DNA of 64,000 nucleotides from an uncultured Methanosarcinaceae archaeon (GTDB taxonomy: Archaea > Halobacteriota > Methanosarcinia > Methanosarcinales > Methanosarcinaceae): assembly GCA_963721455.1 (NCBI GenBank), contig CAVRJG010000033.1, forward strand, positions 32,001 to 96,000, in the 5' to 3' direction. This document shows, in pieces, positions 10,599 through 20,005 of this stretch. Under the pieces are notes generated by a model. The model had not been told where the DNA came from, ran no database searches, and worked only from the letters and a program-made list of their open reading frames with translations. A program made the translations under genes and the position numbers. Numbering within the stretch: position 1 is the stretch's first letter; every line of letters starts with the position of its first letter.

Positions 10599-11456
10599 TT
10601 ATTCATGAGCATTTTTTGGATTCATCAACTTTCCTAAATTTTCTCCAATCACATCAAATGCCAGGACTACAATTAACAGTGATAATCCTGGAAAGAAGGC
10701 AAGCCACCAGTATCCTGCTGAGAGGTACCTCATAGACTCTGATAGAATTATACCGATTGCCGGTTCGTGTGGTGAAAGTCCGAAACCCAGGAACGTGACT
10801 GAAGCTTCATGTAAAATGGCATGTGGGAACATTAAAATCGTACCCAACAATATCTGGGGAACCAGATGAGGCAGAATATGTTTCGTAGCTATCCACCATT
10901 TTGACCTGCCAAGGTTTCTGGAGATGTGGATATAGTCCTGGGTTTTCAGCTGCTTGATCTCTGCTCTTACAATCCTTGTTAAGCTTGGCCAATGAGTTAA
11001 TGCAACTCCGACGATAACTCCTGTTTCTCCTCCCCCGAATCCTATGGAAATAAGAATTATTAAAAGAAGATGCGGAATTGAAAGAAATATATCTACCAGC
11101 CAGGATACAAAGGAATCTGCGGTCTTCCCTGCACTTGAAAGTAAGCCTAAAATTATGGTCAGTACAGTACTAATTGTGGAAGCTAAAGCTCCAACTACTA
11201 TACTTAAACCCAGTCCCTCCAGAGTTCTTATATACATGTCTCTTCCCATCCAATCTGTCCCAAACGGATGTTCCAGGGAAGGAGCAAGGTTTTTAGAGCC
11301 AAAATTGGTCTGTAATGATTCCCCGCCTAAAAACACGCTGGAAATCACAATTGTAAATAATAAAAGTGACGTGAAACCTATTATTAAAAGAGTCTTCTGT
11401 CTTAGATTTAGTCCTCTGAATAATCCTCTGTTAACTGTTACAACAGCAGTACTCAT
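10599..11456 (-). CDS. ABC transporter permease (DppC/NikC-like)
   Basis: HPFGTDWMGRD motif, multiple TM segments and EASVTFLGFG. Confidence 0.9.
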   Translation of the reverse strand: MSTAVVTVNRGLFRGLNLRQKTLLIIGFTSLLLFTIVISSVFLGGESLQTNFGSKNLAPSLEHPFGTDWMGRDMYIRTLEGLGLSIVVGALASTISTVLTIILGLLSSAGKTADSFVSWLVDIFLSIPHLLLIILISIGFGGGETGVIVGVALTHWPSLTRIVRAEIKQLKTQDYIHISRNLGRSKWWIATKHILPHLVPQILLGTILMFPHAILHEASVTFLGFGLSPHEPAIGIILSESMRYLSAGYWWLAFFPGLSLLIVVLAFDVIGENLGKLMNPKNAHE

Positions 11457-12445
11457 ATTGATGCCTCCTGTTGCTTTATCCTCGGATCAACGAATTCATA
11501 GATAATATCAGCAATTAAATTTCCAAAGAAAACAAATAAAGCACTGAAGATAACTATTCCTAAAAGCAGCGGTACATCAGATCTCAATCCTGCTGCTACT
11601 GCAGCCTGTCCAATTCCAGGATATGAGAATACCTGTTCAACCAGAACTGTTCCTCCAAACAATTCACTGAATCCTAAAAATTGCAGGGTAATGGCCGGAA
11701 GCGCAACATTTCGAATTCCATGCCTCAATACCAGATCTAATCCTTTTTCACCTCTTGCTTTTGCAAATAATACATAATCACTGGATAGGACTTCTATTAG
11801 TTTTTCTCGAGTGAACATCGCAATTTTGGCAACGTCTAATAAACTCAAAGTAAGTGCAGGGAGAATTAAACGCTGAAACCAATCAAAAAACGTCACATTG
11901 TCGGCTGTGACCCCTATAGGTACACTCAATCCTATCGGGAACCACCCCAAATAGACTGAAAAGACCATCAGAAGAATCAGTGCCAGCCAGAACGTCGGTG
12001 CGGCAGCTAAAGCGTAACAATAAGTTTTTATTGCCTTATCTACCCACGTTCCTTGCTTCATGCCCGCTATTATTCCTAAAATAAAACCTAGAATTCCTGA
12101 AAACAGCCATGAAACCCCCATCAGAACAAGGGAAGCTGCAAATCGTTCTTTAATAACATCAATAACTGGAATTCTATAAATCAATGAAGTCCCAAAGTCT
12201 CCTTTAAGAATATCTCCAGCCCAATTCAGGAATTTGTCCTGCGGAGGCGTGTTAACCCCCCAGTACTCTTCAAGTTTAGCTTTGTGCTCTTCGGTTACTG
12301 GCATTTCCCCGATATAAGCTCTAACAGGATCAATAGGCGAATATTGAATAAGCATGAAACTTGCAAAACAAACTACAATCAAAAGGCTTGTCAACCTGAA
12401 GGTCTTTTTTCCTATGAAGCCCGCTATTTTTTCATTGTTTGACAT
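11453..12445 (-). CDS. ABC transporter permease (DppB/NikB-like)
   Basis: GDFGTS, DYVLFAKARG, VEQVFSYPGIG and DPRI. Confidence 0.9.
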   Translation of the reverse strand: MSNNEKIAGFIGKKTFRLTSLLIVVCFASFMLIQYSPIDPVRAYIGEMPVTEEHKAKLEEYWGVNTPPQDKFLNWAGDILKGDFGTSLIYRIPVIDVIKERFAASLVLMGVSWLFSGILGFILGIIAGMKQGTWVDKAIKTYCYALAAAPTFWLALILLMVFSVYLGWFPIGLSVPIGVTADNVTFFDWFQRLILPALTLSLLDVAKIAMFTREKLIEVLSSDYVLFAKARGEKGLDLVLRHGIRNVALPAITLQFLGFSELFGGTVLVEQVFSYPGIGQAAVAAGLRSDVPLLLGIVIFSALFVFFGNLIADIIYEFVDPRIKQQEASI

Positions 12446-12712
12446 GCTACTCCCTCGTACATTAATTATTTTACAATGACATCCCTTTTAACGTGACTAC
12501 AGGTCTATGAACGATTTTTCAGGAATTTTGAGGAGCTCTCGTACTGTTTTAAGCCAGAATAAGATCAAATCTGGCAAAATAGACGTTTTATCACCTTTTC
12601 AAATCAGCCCCATCAAATTCCAGCTTTGAAATAAAAAGAAAGGTAAAAATGAGTGATACCTGTAACATTAGAGTTACAGGATCAGTTACTCATTAATTAC
12701 AGGATCAATTAC

Positions 12713-14401
12713 TCATTTCGAAGTCGAGCTGGCTGCGTTTACTCTTTTCCATTCATAGATATTTCCTAAAATATCTGATCCTGCGTTTCTTTGTGGAGTC
12801 CCCATATCCAGGGTTTCATCCGCCATATAAAGGTAATCAATTGTCACCAGCCATAACCAGGTCGCATCTCCTGCAGGCCCGTAACCGGTATTTCCATCAT
12901 ATGCAGCCAGTTGCCAGTATTTTGTAGCCAGGTCCTGATCCGTAGACCTTAGAGCTGCTTCCAAATATCCATCTACAACAGGATTATTGTAAAGACCGGG
13001 ATTTTTGTATGTATCATCGGCTGCTTTGCTGTGGTACTGCATATATAAATTAAATGTGTCTATACTGCTGTAAGCGTATAAAATGGCGGAACTGTATTGA
13101 TTAGCATATATTTCGTCCCAGTTTGCGCCTACAAGGTCTATTTTTATACCTAATTCTCTGGCCTGTGCGCTTACCGCTACTGATAGAGCTTGCCTTGTCT
13201 GATCTGTGGAAGAATAGTATAGCTTAAATTCTGCTTTAGTCCCGTTCTTTTCCCGGATCCCATCGCCGTCAGTGTCTTTCCAGCCTGCGTTTTCTAATAT
13301 CTTTCTGGCTTCTTCGACATTTGAATCCCTGAGTCTGGCTTCAGGGTTTCCAAAGTCCCGCTGGTCTACTCCAGTGTATTCTACGTCTCCTTTTCCGTAT
13401 ATTACTCCTTCAAGCAGGGCTTCTCTGTCGATACCGAGGTTTAAGGCTTTTCGAATCGCTATATCTGCTGTGACATTATTGCCTATCGGATCTCCCTTAA
13501 GACTTTTTTCACCAGTATTATTCTGCATAGGGAAGGAAACTCCCTGAGCTCTTGCTGCCGGAAGAGCTACTAACTTATACCCATCTACAGTCTGGTTTGC
13601 ATAGCTAATTTCGATCTCAGCTACGTCCACATCCCCGGATTTTGCAGCTGCAAACGCAGTATCTTTATCTAAAAATAGCATGGTTATTTTTTTGAAGTAC
13701 GGCTTTTTTCCATAGTAGTCTTCGTTTAATTCGAATATTGCCTGCTGCCCCTTATCCCATTGTACGAATTTATATGGCCCTGATCCGATTGGATTGAATC
13801 CGTAGGATTCTTTTTTGTATGCATGTTCTGGCACAATCCCAACGTATCTGAGTCTCCATATGAAACTGGATTGAGGTTCTTTTAATTCGAATTTAACTGC
13901 AGTGTTGTTTATTGCCGTAGCTTTTTCGAGATTACTCATATCCAGCTCGGAATCACTTCCAATTGCCGTATTAAACGTAAATGCCACGTCTTCTGCTGTT
14001 AATTTATCACCGTCTGTGAACCTGACGTCGTCTCTTATATTCACAGTCCATACTTTTCCATCCGAACTAACCGAATAATTCGTAGCAAGGTCATTTATTA
14101 TGCTTCCATCGTCAGCTGATTTAAAAAGAGTACTCTGTACCAGTGGCTCGAAATTCACATGACCGCAACCCCATCCAAGAAGTGGGTCAAATCCGGTTTT
14201 CGGTTCACCTGTGTGCGAATATACATTCACCACCAATTCATCAGATCCCTGAGAAACTAATTCATCCGAACCCTCGGAAACTGATTCACCAGAAACCTGG
14301 AATGTCGAGCTGACTGGTTTATCCGCTGACGTTAAAATAAAAATAACCGCTATAATTATGACTACTGTCCCTACCAGTAGATACTGTTGATTTTTCTTAA
14401 T
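12713..14401 (-). CDS. ABC transporter substrate-binding protein (family 5, Ni/peptide); predicted ATT start
   Basis: PIGSGPYKF and GWKDTDGDGIREKNG. The frame extends 55 codons upstream of the track's TTG to an ATT 5 nt after GGAGGTG, giving an N-terminal membrane anchor (KKNQQYLLVGTVVIIIAVIFIL). Confidence 0.85.
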   Translation of the reverse strand: MKKNQQYLLVGTVVIIIAVIFILTSADKPVSSTFQVSGESVSEGSDELVSQGSDELVVNVYSHTGEPKTGFDPLLGWGCGHVNFEPLVQSTLFKSADDGSIINDLATNYSVSSDGKVWTVNIRDDVRFTDGDKLTAEDVAFTFNTAIGSDSELDMSNLEKATAINNTAVKFELKEPQSSFIWRLRYVGIVPEHAYKKESYGFNPIGSGPYKFVQWDKGQQAIFELNEDYYGKKPYFKKITMLFLDKDTAFAAAKSGDVDVAEIEISYANQTVDGYKLVALPAARAQGVSFPMQNNTGEKSLKGDPIGNNVTADIAIRKALNLGIDREALLEGVIYGKGDVEYTGVDQRDFGNPEARLRDSNVEEARKILENAGWKDTDGDGIREKNGTKAEFKLYYSSTDQTRQALSVAVSAQARELGIKIDLVGANWDEIYANQYSSAILYAYSSIDTFNLYMQYHSKAADDTYKNPGLYNNPVVDGYLEAALRSTDQDLATKYWQLAAYDGNTGYGPAGDATWLWLVTIDYLYMADETLDMGTPQRNAGSDILGNIYEWKRVNAASSTSK

Positions 14402-14613
14402 TTAGACACCTCCTCTATTTTTACCAGAGTCCTGAACATTTAAGCAGGAATTGAACTATTAAGCAAGGATTTTTAACTGTTACAGATGATTCGGGAAGTC
14501 CTCTCTAAATAATATTTTTCTGGCTAAAGATGACAATAAAATGTTACTTTTTACAACAAAAGTAAGACAACTTAATTAAAACAATTTTACTATAAATACA
14601 TTCCGAAATGTAT

Positions 14614-14652
14614 GTGTTACTAAGCTCTTAGTTTTAAGTAATTTAGTATTAC
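14614..14652. promoter_or_regulatory. 39-bp imperfect palindrome upstream of SBP gene 1, candidate metal-regulator operator
   Basis: GTGTTACTAAGCT-N13-AATTTAGTATTAC. The same architecture occurs at 16851..16889. Confidence 0.55.
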
Positions 14653-14798
14653 TAAATAGGAATTCCAGTCGTTTTTCTGTATCTGTAAGTGATTGAAACA
14701 TTGAATACTGAAAAATAAGTTTAGATTCTGGCGATCCCAAAAGATATCGAAAGAATTATTACAATAAGCCCCTCACGAGCTTAGGAATTTACAGAAAG

Positions 14799-14881
14799 GG
14801 ATATCAGTAATCTAAAGATTGGAGAAGGATATCAGTAATCTAAAGATTGAGAAAAAAAATAGCAATCTAAAGATTGAGAAA
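14799..14881. repeat. Short direct repeats (ATATCAGTAATCTAAAGATTG, about 3 copies)
   Basis: Two near-identical 28-bp units plus a third partial copy. Confidence 0.75.
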
Positions 14882-14993
14882 TATAGATTCTAAGCAAATT
14901 CGCCAAAAAATAGTCACACTGAGGAGTCTTGCATCCTCAGCTTTACTAAAAAATATTCAAGAACAGTTCCGTTACTGAAAGTCAGTTTGCAGT

Positions 14994-16655
14994 TTAATTC
15001 GTTGTGCGTTTCCATTCCAGGATATTACCAAAGATATCTGCACCGTGAGGCTGTATTTTGGGAGTCCCAATATCTAAATCCTCATCCAGAATGTACAGAT
15101 AATCAACAGATGCCAGCCACAGCCATGTGGCATCTCCTTTTGCAGAAAATCCCGTTGTTCCGTCCCAGGCAGCCAGTTGCCAGTTATTATTAGCAGTATC
15201 TGGATCAACACTGGTTATGGCTGTCCTTAAATAATTATCCACGACAGAATTGTTGTACATTATTATGTTGTTGTAGCTTGAAGGATTGTAGCTTTTACTG
15301 TAGTATTTCAGGTATAAGTCAGTTGGATCAAGCGAACCGAAACCGAAAACTATCGGAGTTGAATGTGCAAGGGTGTCAATCTCATTCCAGCTCTTACCCT
15401 CGAGTTTAATGTTTATGCCCAGTTTTCGGGCTTCCTCGCTCAATGCAACGGCTAATGCCTGCCTTTCCTGTGCATTTGAATAATATAATAAAGTAAATTC
15501 TGCTTTCAACCCATTCTTTTCAAGGATGCCGTCGCCGTCCGTATCTTTCCAGCCTCCGTCAGCTAAAATCTTCCTGGCTTCATCTACTTTTCCATCTTCA
15601 AAAATAGCTTCCTTATTTCCGAACGGTAATTTGTCCACACCCGTAAATTCCTCTTCACCCTGCCCGTTTAATGCCCCATTGATTAAGGCTTGCCTGTCTA
15701 TTCCAATGTTCAAGGCTTTTCTTATCGCAGGATCGGAAGTTACATTGTTCCCGATTGAATAGCCGTTTTCCGTTTTCCTGCCTGTGTCGGGCTGCATGGG
15801 GAAGCTTATTCCCCGGGCGTCGATGGAATCAAGGGATACTATTTTCATTCCATCTACTTTCTCATTAGCATAGGAAGAAGGAATTTCGGCCAGATCAACC
15901 TGCCCTGACTTCGCTGCCGCAAAAGCCATGTCTGATTGCATGAAGAGTAAAGTTAGTTTTTTAAAGTACGGTTTCTGGCCATAATAATCCGGATTTGCTT
16001 CAAAGATCGCCTGCTGGCCTTTATTCCACTGTACAAACCTGTACGGGCCCGACCCAATCGGATTTTCCCCGTAAGTCTCGTCGTAAGCATGCTCTGGCAC
16101 AATCCCGATCACTGCAAGCTTGTTGATGAAGGTCGCCTGCGGATCGTTTAATTTGAATTCAACCGTATAATTATCGAGGGCTACAGAATTTTCCAGCACG
16201 GAGAGATCCACTCCACTCGAATTTGCCGCTGTGTTAAATGTGAATGCTACATCCCTGGCCATTAAAGGCACCCCGTCATGGAATTTAACGTCATCTCTTA
16301 TATTAACAGTCCATGTCAACCCATCCTCACTAACAGAATAACCTGTCGCTAAATCATGGACCAGAGACCCATTACTATCCTTTTTAAAGAGGGTACTTTG
16401 AACCAGTGGTTCGCGATTGTAGCCCCATCCGGTAATCGGGTTAAAACCGGTTTCCGGCTCTCCGCCGTGGGTCCCCACTGCTGCGACCAGCTCGTCCGAA
16501 CCCTGCGAAATTAATTCATCCGAGCCCCCGGAAACTGATTCATAAGAAACCTGGGAAGCCGGGCTGACGGGCTCACCAGCCGGCATAAAAACAAAAGCAG
16601 CCGCGAGAATTATGGCTACCATCCCTATTAAAAAATATTGCTGGTTTTTCTTAAT
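14994..16655 (-). CDS. ABC transporter substrate-binding protein (family 5, paralogue); predicted ATT start
   Basis: Paralogue of 12713..14401. An in-frame ATT lies 5 nt after GGAGGAG and gives KKNQQYFLIGMVAIILAAAFVF. The track's ATG at 16622 lies inside the hydrophobic anchor. Confidence 0.85.
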   Translation of the reverse strand: MKKNQQYFLIGMVAIILAAAFVFMPAGEPVSPASQVSYESVSGGSDELISQGSDELVAAVGTHGGEPETGFNPITGWGYNREPLVQSTLFKKDSNGSLVHDLATGYSVSEDGLTWTVNIRDDVKFHDGVPLMARDVAFTFNTAANSSGVDLSVLENSVALDNYTVEFKLNDPQATFINKLAVIGIVPEHAYDETYGENPIGSGPYRFVQWNKGQQAIFEANPDYYGQKPYFKKLTLLFMQSDMAFAAAKSGQVDLAEIPSSYANEKVDGMKIVSLDSIDARGISFPMQPDTGRKTENGYSIGNNVTSDPAIRKALNIGIDRQALINGALNGQGEEEFTGVDKLPFGNKEAIFEDGKVDEARKILADGGWKDTDGDGILEKNGLKAEFTLLYYSNAQERQALAVALSEEARKLGINIKLEGKSWNEIDTLAHSTPIVFGFGSLDPTDLYLKYYSKSYNPSSYNNIIMYNNSVVDNYLRTAITSVDPDTANNNWQLAAWDGTTGFSAKGDATWLWLASVDYLYILDEDLDIGTPKIQPHGADIFGNILEWKRTTN

Positions 16656-16850
16656 TTAAACTCCTCCTTTCTTTTAATTAAATTGAGTTATTGCAATAGT
16701 ATTACCTTACCAGTAGTATTTTCAATAATTTTTAACCCATTTAAATAACACTTTTTTTGATAGCAATATACCTAAAATGTTACTTATTAGGCAAGAGTTA
16801 AGATAAATTAAACTAAAACCATTTTGTTATAAATACTTTCCTAAATATAG

Positions 16851-16889
16851 GTAATACTAAATTAGTCATTTTATAGAATTTAGTAATAC
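16851..16889. promoter_or_regulatory. 39-bp near-perfect palindrome upstream of SBP gene 2, candidate operator
   Basis: GTAATACTAAATT-N13-AATTTAGTAATAC, with 12 of 13 arm positions complementary. Confidence 0.6.
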
Positions 16890-16957
16890 GAGAGGTGAGT
16901 GTTATTACTTTTGTGGAGTTTAGGATTGATTGCAGCCACCAGATGTCGAAAATAAGT

Positions 16958-17140
16958 CTAGTGCATCGATTTCAAATTATGAAAATAAAATCGGACTTTG
17001 AAATCAACACCAGTCAATGAGTTTCCCATAAAAAACTACAAATGGACACGGATAAACACGAATTGAAAACATCTGTATTCATCTGTGTTCATCTGTGTTT
17101 ATCCGTGGTTTATTGAGGATATATGGAATCGATGCACCAG
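16958..17140. mobile_element. MITE-like element with terminal inverted repeats and internal ATCTGTGTTC repeats
   Basis: Left end CTAGTGCATCGATTTCAAAT matches the reverse complement of the right end (CTGGTGCATCGATTCCATAT) at 17 of 20 positions. No ORF. Confidence 0.55.
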
Positions 17141-17191
17141 ATTTGGAAAAACTACAAAAATAGCAAAAGGCATCATTACGTTAAATCGCTC

Positions 17192-17278
17192 AAACAAGGA
17201 TTGAAACAAAGTGTAGCATGAAAGGAAATTAGTAAGGTAGGATTCGTGAGCAAAATCCACTAAAACCAGGATTGAAAT
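17192..17278 (+). CRISPR. Orphan CRISPR mini-array 1 (partial repeat - 34-nt spacer - degenerate 37-nt repeat)
   Basis: AAACAAGGATTGAAAC (17192-17207), spacer 17208-17241, then ATTCGTGAGCAAAATCCACTAAAACCAGGATTGAAAT (17242-17278). Confidence 0.7.
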
Positions 17279-17573
17279 ACTGGAGATACAAACTCAACAG
17301 CTCCCGCAAAAGTTGCGAAAAGGCCAGGATTCCAGCCAACGCCACTTTGAATTACGCGGAACAAGCTGGCACTGCAAGCCCGGATACAATTAAACTGAAA
17401 AACGAAAGCTTACGAACAAATTCCGATCTTTCACTTCTAAAGATAAAAAATAGAAAAGCTTTATGAAAAGAAAGCGTTTTTATTTTGCATTTTCAATGCT
17501 TAATCAATTACCGATCATAAATCGTAGCAATTTTTCAGTTGGGAATAAATCGTTATTCCCACTTCTTATGATC

Positions 17574-17972
17574 TTATTCCGTAGTCACTCCGTCGAACTC
17601 CGCTTCATTGGCTTCGGCTTCTTCCTTCGTGGCGCGCACGATTCCATCCTTGTGATGCGCCGGCGAATAGATCGTATAGAGTTTCAGATCATCCGTTTCC
17701 GAAGTGTTGATGACATTGTGCTGGGCGCCGGCCGGTACCACCACCGCAACTCCGTCACCGAGTTCATGTTCGTTGCCGTCAATTATGCACTTCCCCTGCC
17801 CTTTCTCAAAACGGAAAAACTGATCGTTTTCCTCATGCACTTCCATCCCGATTTCTTCCCCGGGCTTGAGGCTCATAAGTACCAATTGGCTGTGCTTTGA
17901 AGTATAGAGCACCTTGCGAAAATTGCCATTTTCCAAAGTGGCGTCTTCGATATTAATAGAAAATCCTTTCAT
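17574..17972 (-). CDS. Cupin domain protein
   Basis: QLVLMSLKPGEEIGMEVHEENDQFF...VVVPAGAQHNVIN...LKLYTIYSPAHH, the two cupin metal-binding motifs. Confidence 0.9.
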   Translation of the reverse strand: MKGFSINIEDATLENGNFRKVLYTSKHSQLVLMSLKPGEEIGMEVHEENDQFFRFEKGQGKCIIDGNEHELGDGVAVVVPAGAQHNVINTSETDDLKLYTIYSPAHHKDGIVRATKEEAEANEAEFDGVTTE

Positions 17973-18007
17973 ATGCTTTTAATTAATAATTAATAGTATA
18001 TAAAAAT

Positions 18008-18120
18008 ATAAGAGGGCAAGATCCAATAAAACAAGGATTGAAACTATCAGAATTTGAGAAGCTGAGGCACCCATCGAAAAAACATTCGCAAGCAAGATCC
18101 TCTAAAACAGGGATTGAAAC
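18008..18120 (+). CRISPR. Orphan CRISPR mini-array 2 (repeat - 39-nt spacer - repeat)
   Basis: ATAAGAGGGCAAGATCCAATAAAACAAGGATTGAAAC (18008-18044), spacer 18045-18083, then ATTCGCAAGCAAGATCCTCTAAAACAGGGATTGAAAC (18084-18120). Confidence 0.78.
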
Positions 18121-18343
18121 GGTGTTTTTAATGTATATATAGAGATCAGAAGACATCGTTTATAGGAACGTAAAAATTAGTGAAGTACTGAAATTGTTTC
18201 AGGGAAAATATAAAAAATGGAAAAATTATGAATAGATAACAGAACTTTTGAATAACTGATATAAAAATAACTATTCAAGCCCTATTACTTTTTCACAAAT
18301 TTTTCACTTAACTGTGCTCTTCTTTAATATTTACTTCCAATTT

Positions 18344-19618
18344 TTATTTTGATTCACCGACAGTTATCGAATACCCAAAAGATTCCGCATTTTTAGGCAT
18401 AATTGAGAGTTCCCAATTTCCAGTTGCTCCCTTAACGGTATAAGTTTCTACATAGTGCGTGCCGTAATTTTGATAAATTGTGTTATTATCCATTGACCAT
18501 GTCGGGAAATAGTATCCTCCTGTATTGACATTCATGCTTTGGGTTGTTTTTGTAAGAGACATCTTAACAGGGTTAGAATTGGATTTCAGGTTCACATTAA
18601 AAGATGGTTCTCCTATTTTAGGTGAAATACGCAGTCCCATAGTCTGGTCGTAATAATCAGTTGAAACTTCAATCGTTATTGGGTCATTACTCGTGGTGTT
18701 GAAGGTTTTCACATAAGGAACTGTAGGCCGTTGCACAGCTGTGAAGTACAGCTCTATTTGCGGGCTAGATCCGTCATTAGCTTTTCCATCAACATTCATT
18801 TTGATGTACCCATTGTACGATCCTGTCGCATTTTCCGGAACAGGCACCTTAATGGTCATGCTAGCAATTTCACCTGCTTTTATAACTGAAGGGGCAGAGA
18901 TGACTATTGCATCATCGCTGAAAGCAAATGTATTAGATGAACCAGCATACTCGTAGCTGGTAGCTTTAGGATCAATGGTGATATCTTTGTCTGCTACATT
19001 TCTAATTTTTATGTTGTACTCATATTCTTGTCCTGCCTCAACGGTATCAGAGATATAACTTGTCTGAAGCTCGATTTTCGGACTGGCCTGGACTGAGATA
19101 TCAAGTATCATTGAATTGACATATCCTGTGGAATCTGGCAGAAGATCATCTGTGAAGGCTATAGCTGTTTGATAGGATGTGCTTTCTGCATCCTCGGGGA
19201 CATTTACTTCAACTGTAAATTCTTGTAATGCACCTGATTCTACTGTTGCGTTTGTTGGAGAGATAGTGATCCAGCTTTCGTTAAAGTTGTCACTGGTGTA
19301 AACGGTATCTACAAGTTTTGGCGTTACATTAAGTGTTTCATTACCTTCATTCTTGAAACTAACAGTAAACTTTTCGCTATTTCCCGATATTAGATATGTA
19401 GAATAATAAGTCGGATATATGGTATGTACTGTGACATTTTCACCACTTATATCGTCATCAGTTACATTTTCATAAGTTCCATTTTCGCAAGTAACATTTC
19501 CAAAAGTTGACTCTTTGTCAGAATTTCCAGGTTGAGCACACGCAGCCTGTATTAATACCAGGCAAAGCAGCATCCCTAACAACCGGGGTATTACCTTTAC
19601 TCTATTATTTTTGTTCAT
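18344..19618 (-). CDS. Secreted/cell-surface protein with Ig-like beta domains (COG1470-like)
   Basis: Signal peptide (LLGMLLCLVLIQAACA), Thr/Asn-rich with many NxT sequons and repeated FTVSFKNEG / YNIKIRNVA beta-strands. Confidence 0.7.
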   Translation of the reverse strand: MNKNNRVKVIPRLLGMLLCLVLIQAACAQPGNSDKESTFGNVTCENGTYENVTDDDISGENVTVHTIYPTYYSTYLISGNSEKFTVSFKNEGNETLNVTPKLVDTVYTSDNFNESWITISPTNATVESGALQEFTVEVNVPEDAESTSYQTAIAFTDDLLPDSTGYVNSMILDISVQASPKIELQTSYISDTVEAGQEYEYNIKIRNVADKDITIDPKATSYEYAGSSNTFAFSDDAIVISAPSVIKAGEIASMTIKVPVPENATGSYNGYIKMNVDGKANDGSSPQIELYFTAVQRPTVPYVKTFNTTSNDPITIEVSTDYYDQTMGLRISPKIGEPSFNVNLKSNSNPVKMSLTKTTQSMNVNTGGYYFPTWSMDNNTIYQNYGTHYVETYTVKGATGNWELSIMPKNAESFGYSITVGESK

Positions 19619-19743
19619 ATTTCTGGCTCCATTAATTTATCAAGAAAACAACCGTTTTAACTTCTTCGCAGGGCTTTCAAGCATCTGCACAGTTACTGTA
19701 TTACATGGGGGTTACATCGTTAAACTGGAAATTCAACAGCATT

Positions 19744-19971
19744 AGGACTTACCACTCGATGTATAAAATAAAGTACATTAAACGTCATGGAATTTATATG
19801 TTGGACATTTAACGGTTTAATGCTACCTTTTTTCAGGTCATATGCGTAAGTCCTGCATAAATCCCAATACTGACTTTTAACTATGTGAATTCCAAACATT
19901 ACAACTTATACACATCCATATAATTTATATGACCAAAGTATCTAACAATTAGCACTGTTAGGACTTACGCA
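19744..19971. repeat. AGGACTTACGCA / TGCGTAAGTCCT inverted-repeat ends, probable MITE remnants
   Basis: AGGACTTAC at 19744, TGCGTAAGTCCT at 19843-19854 and AGGACTTACGCA at 19960-19971. Confidence 0.4.
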
Positions 19972-20005
19972 GTTGAATCTCCGCAAGCTTAAAATCATTT
20001 TAAAT

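Noticed and set aside
17351-17390. Possible further degenerate CRISPR repeat (ATTACGCGGAACAAGCTGGCACT...)
   Set aside because: The similarity is weak, needs gaps, lacks the ATTGAAAC end and is out of register with the array period.
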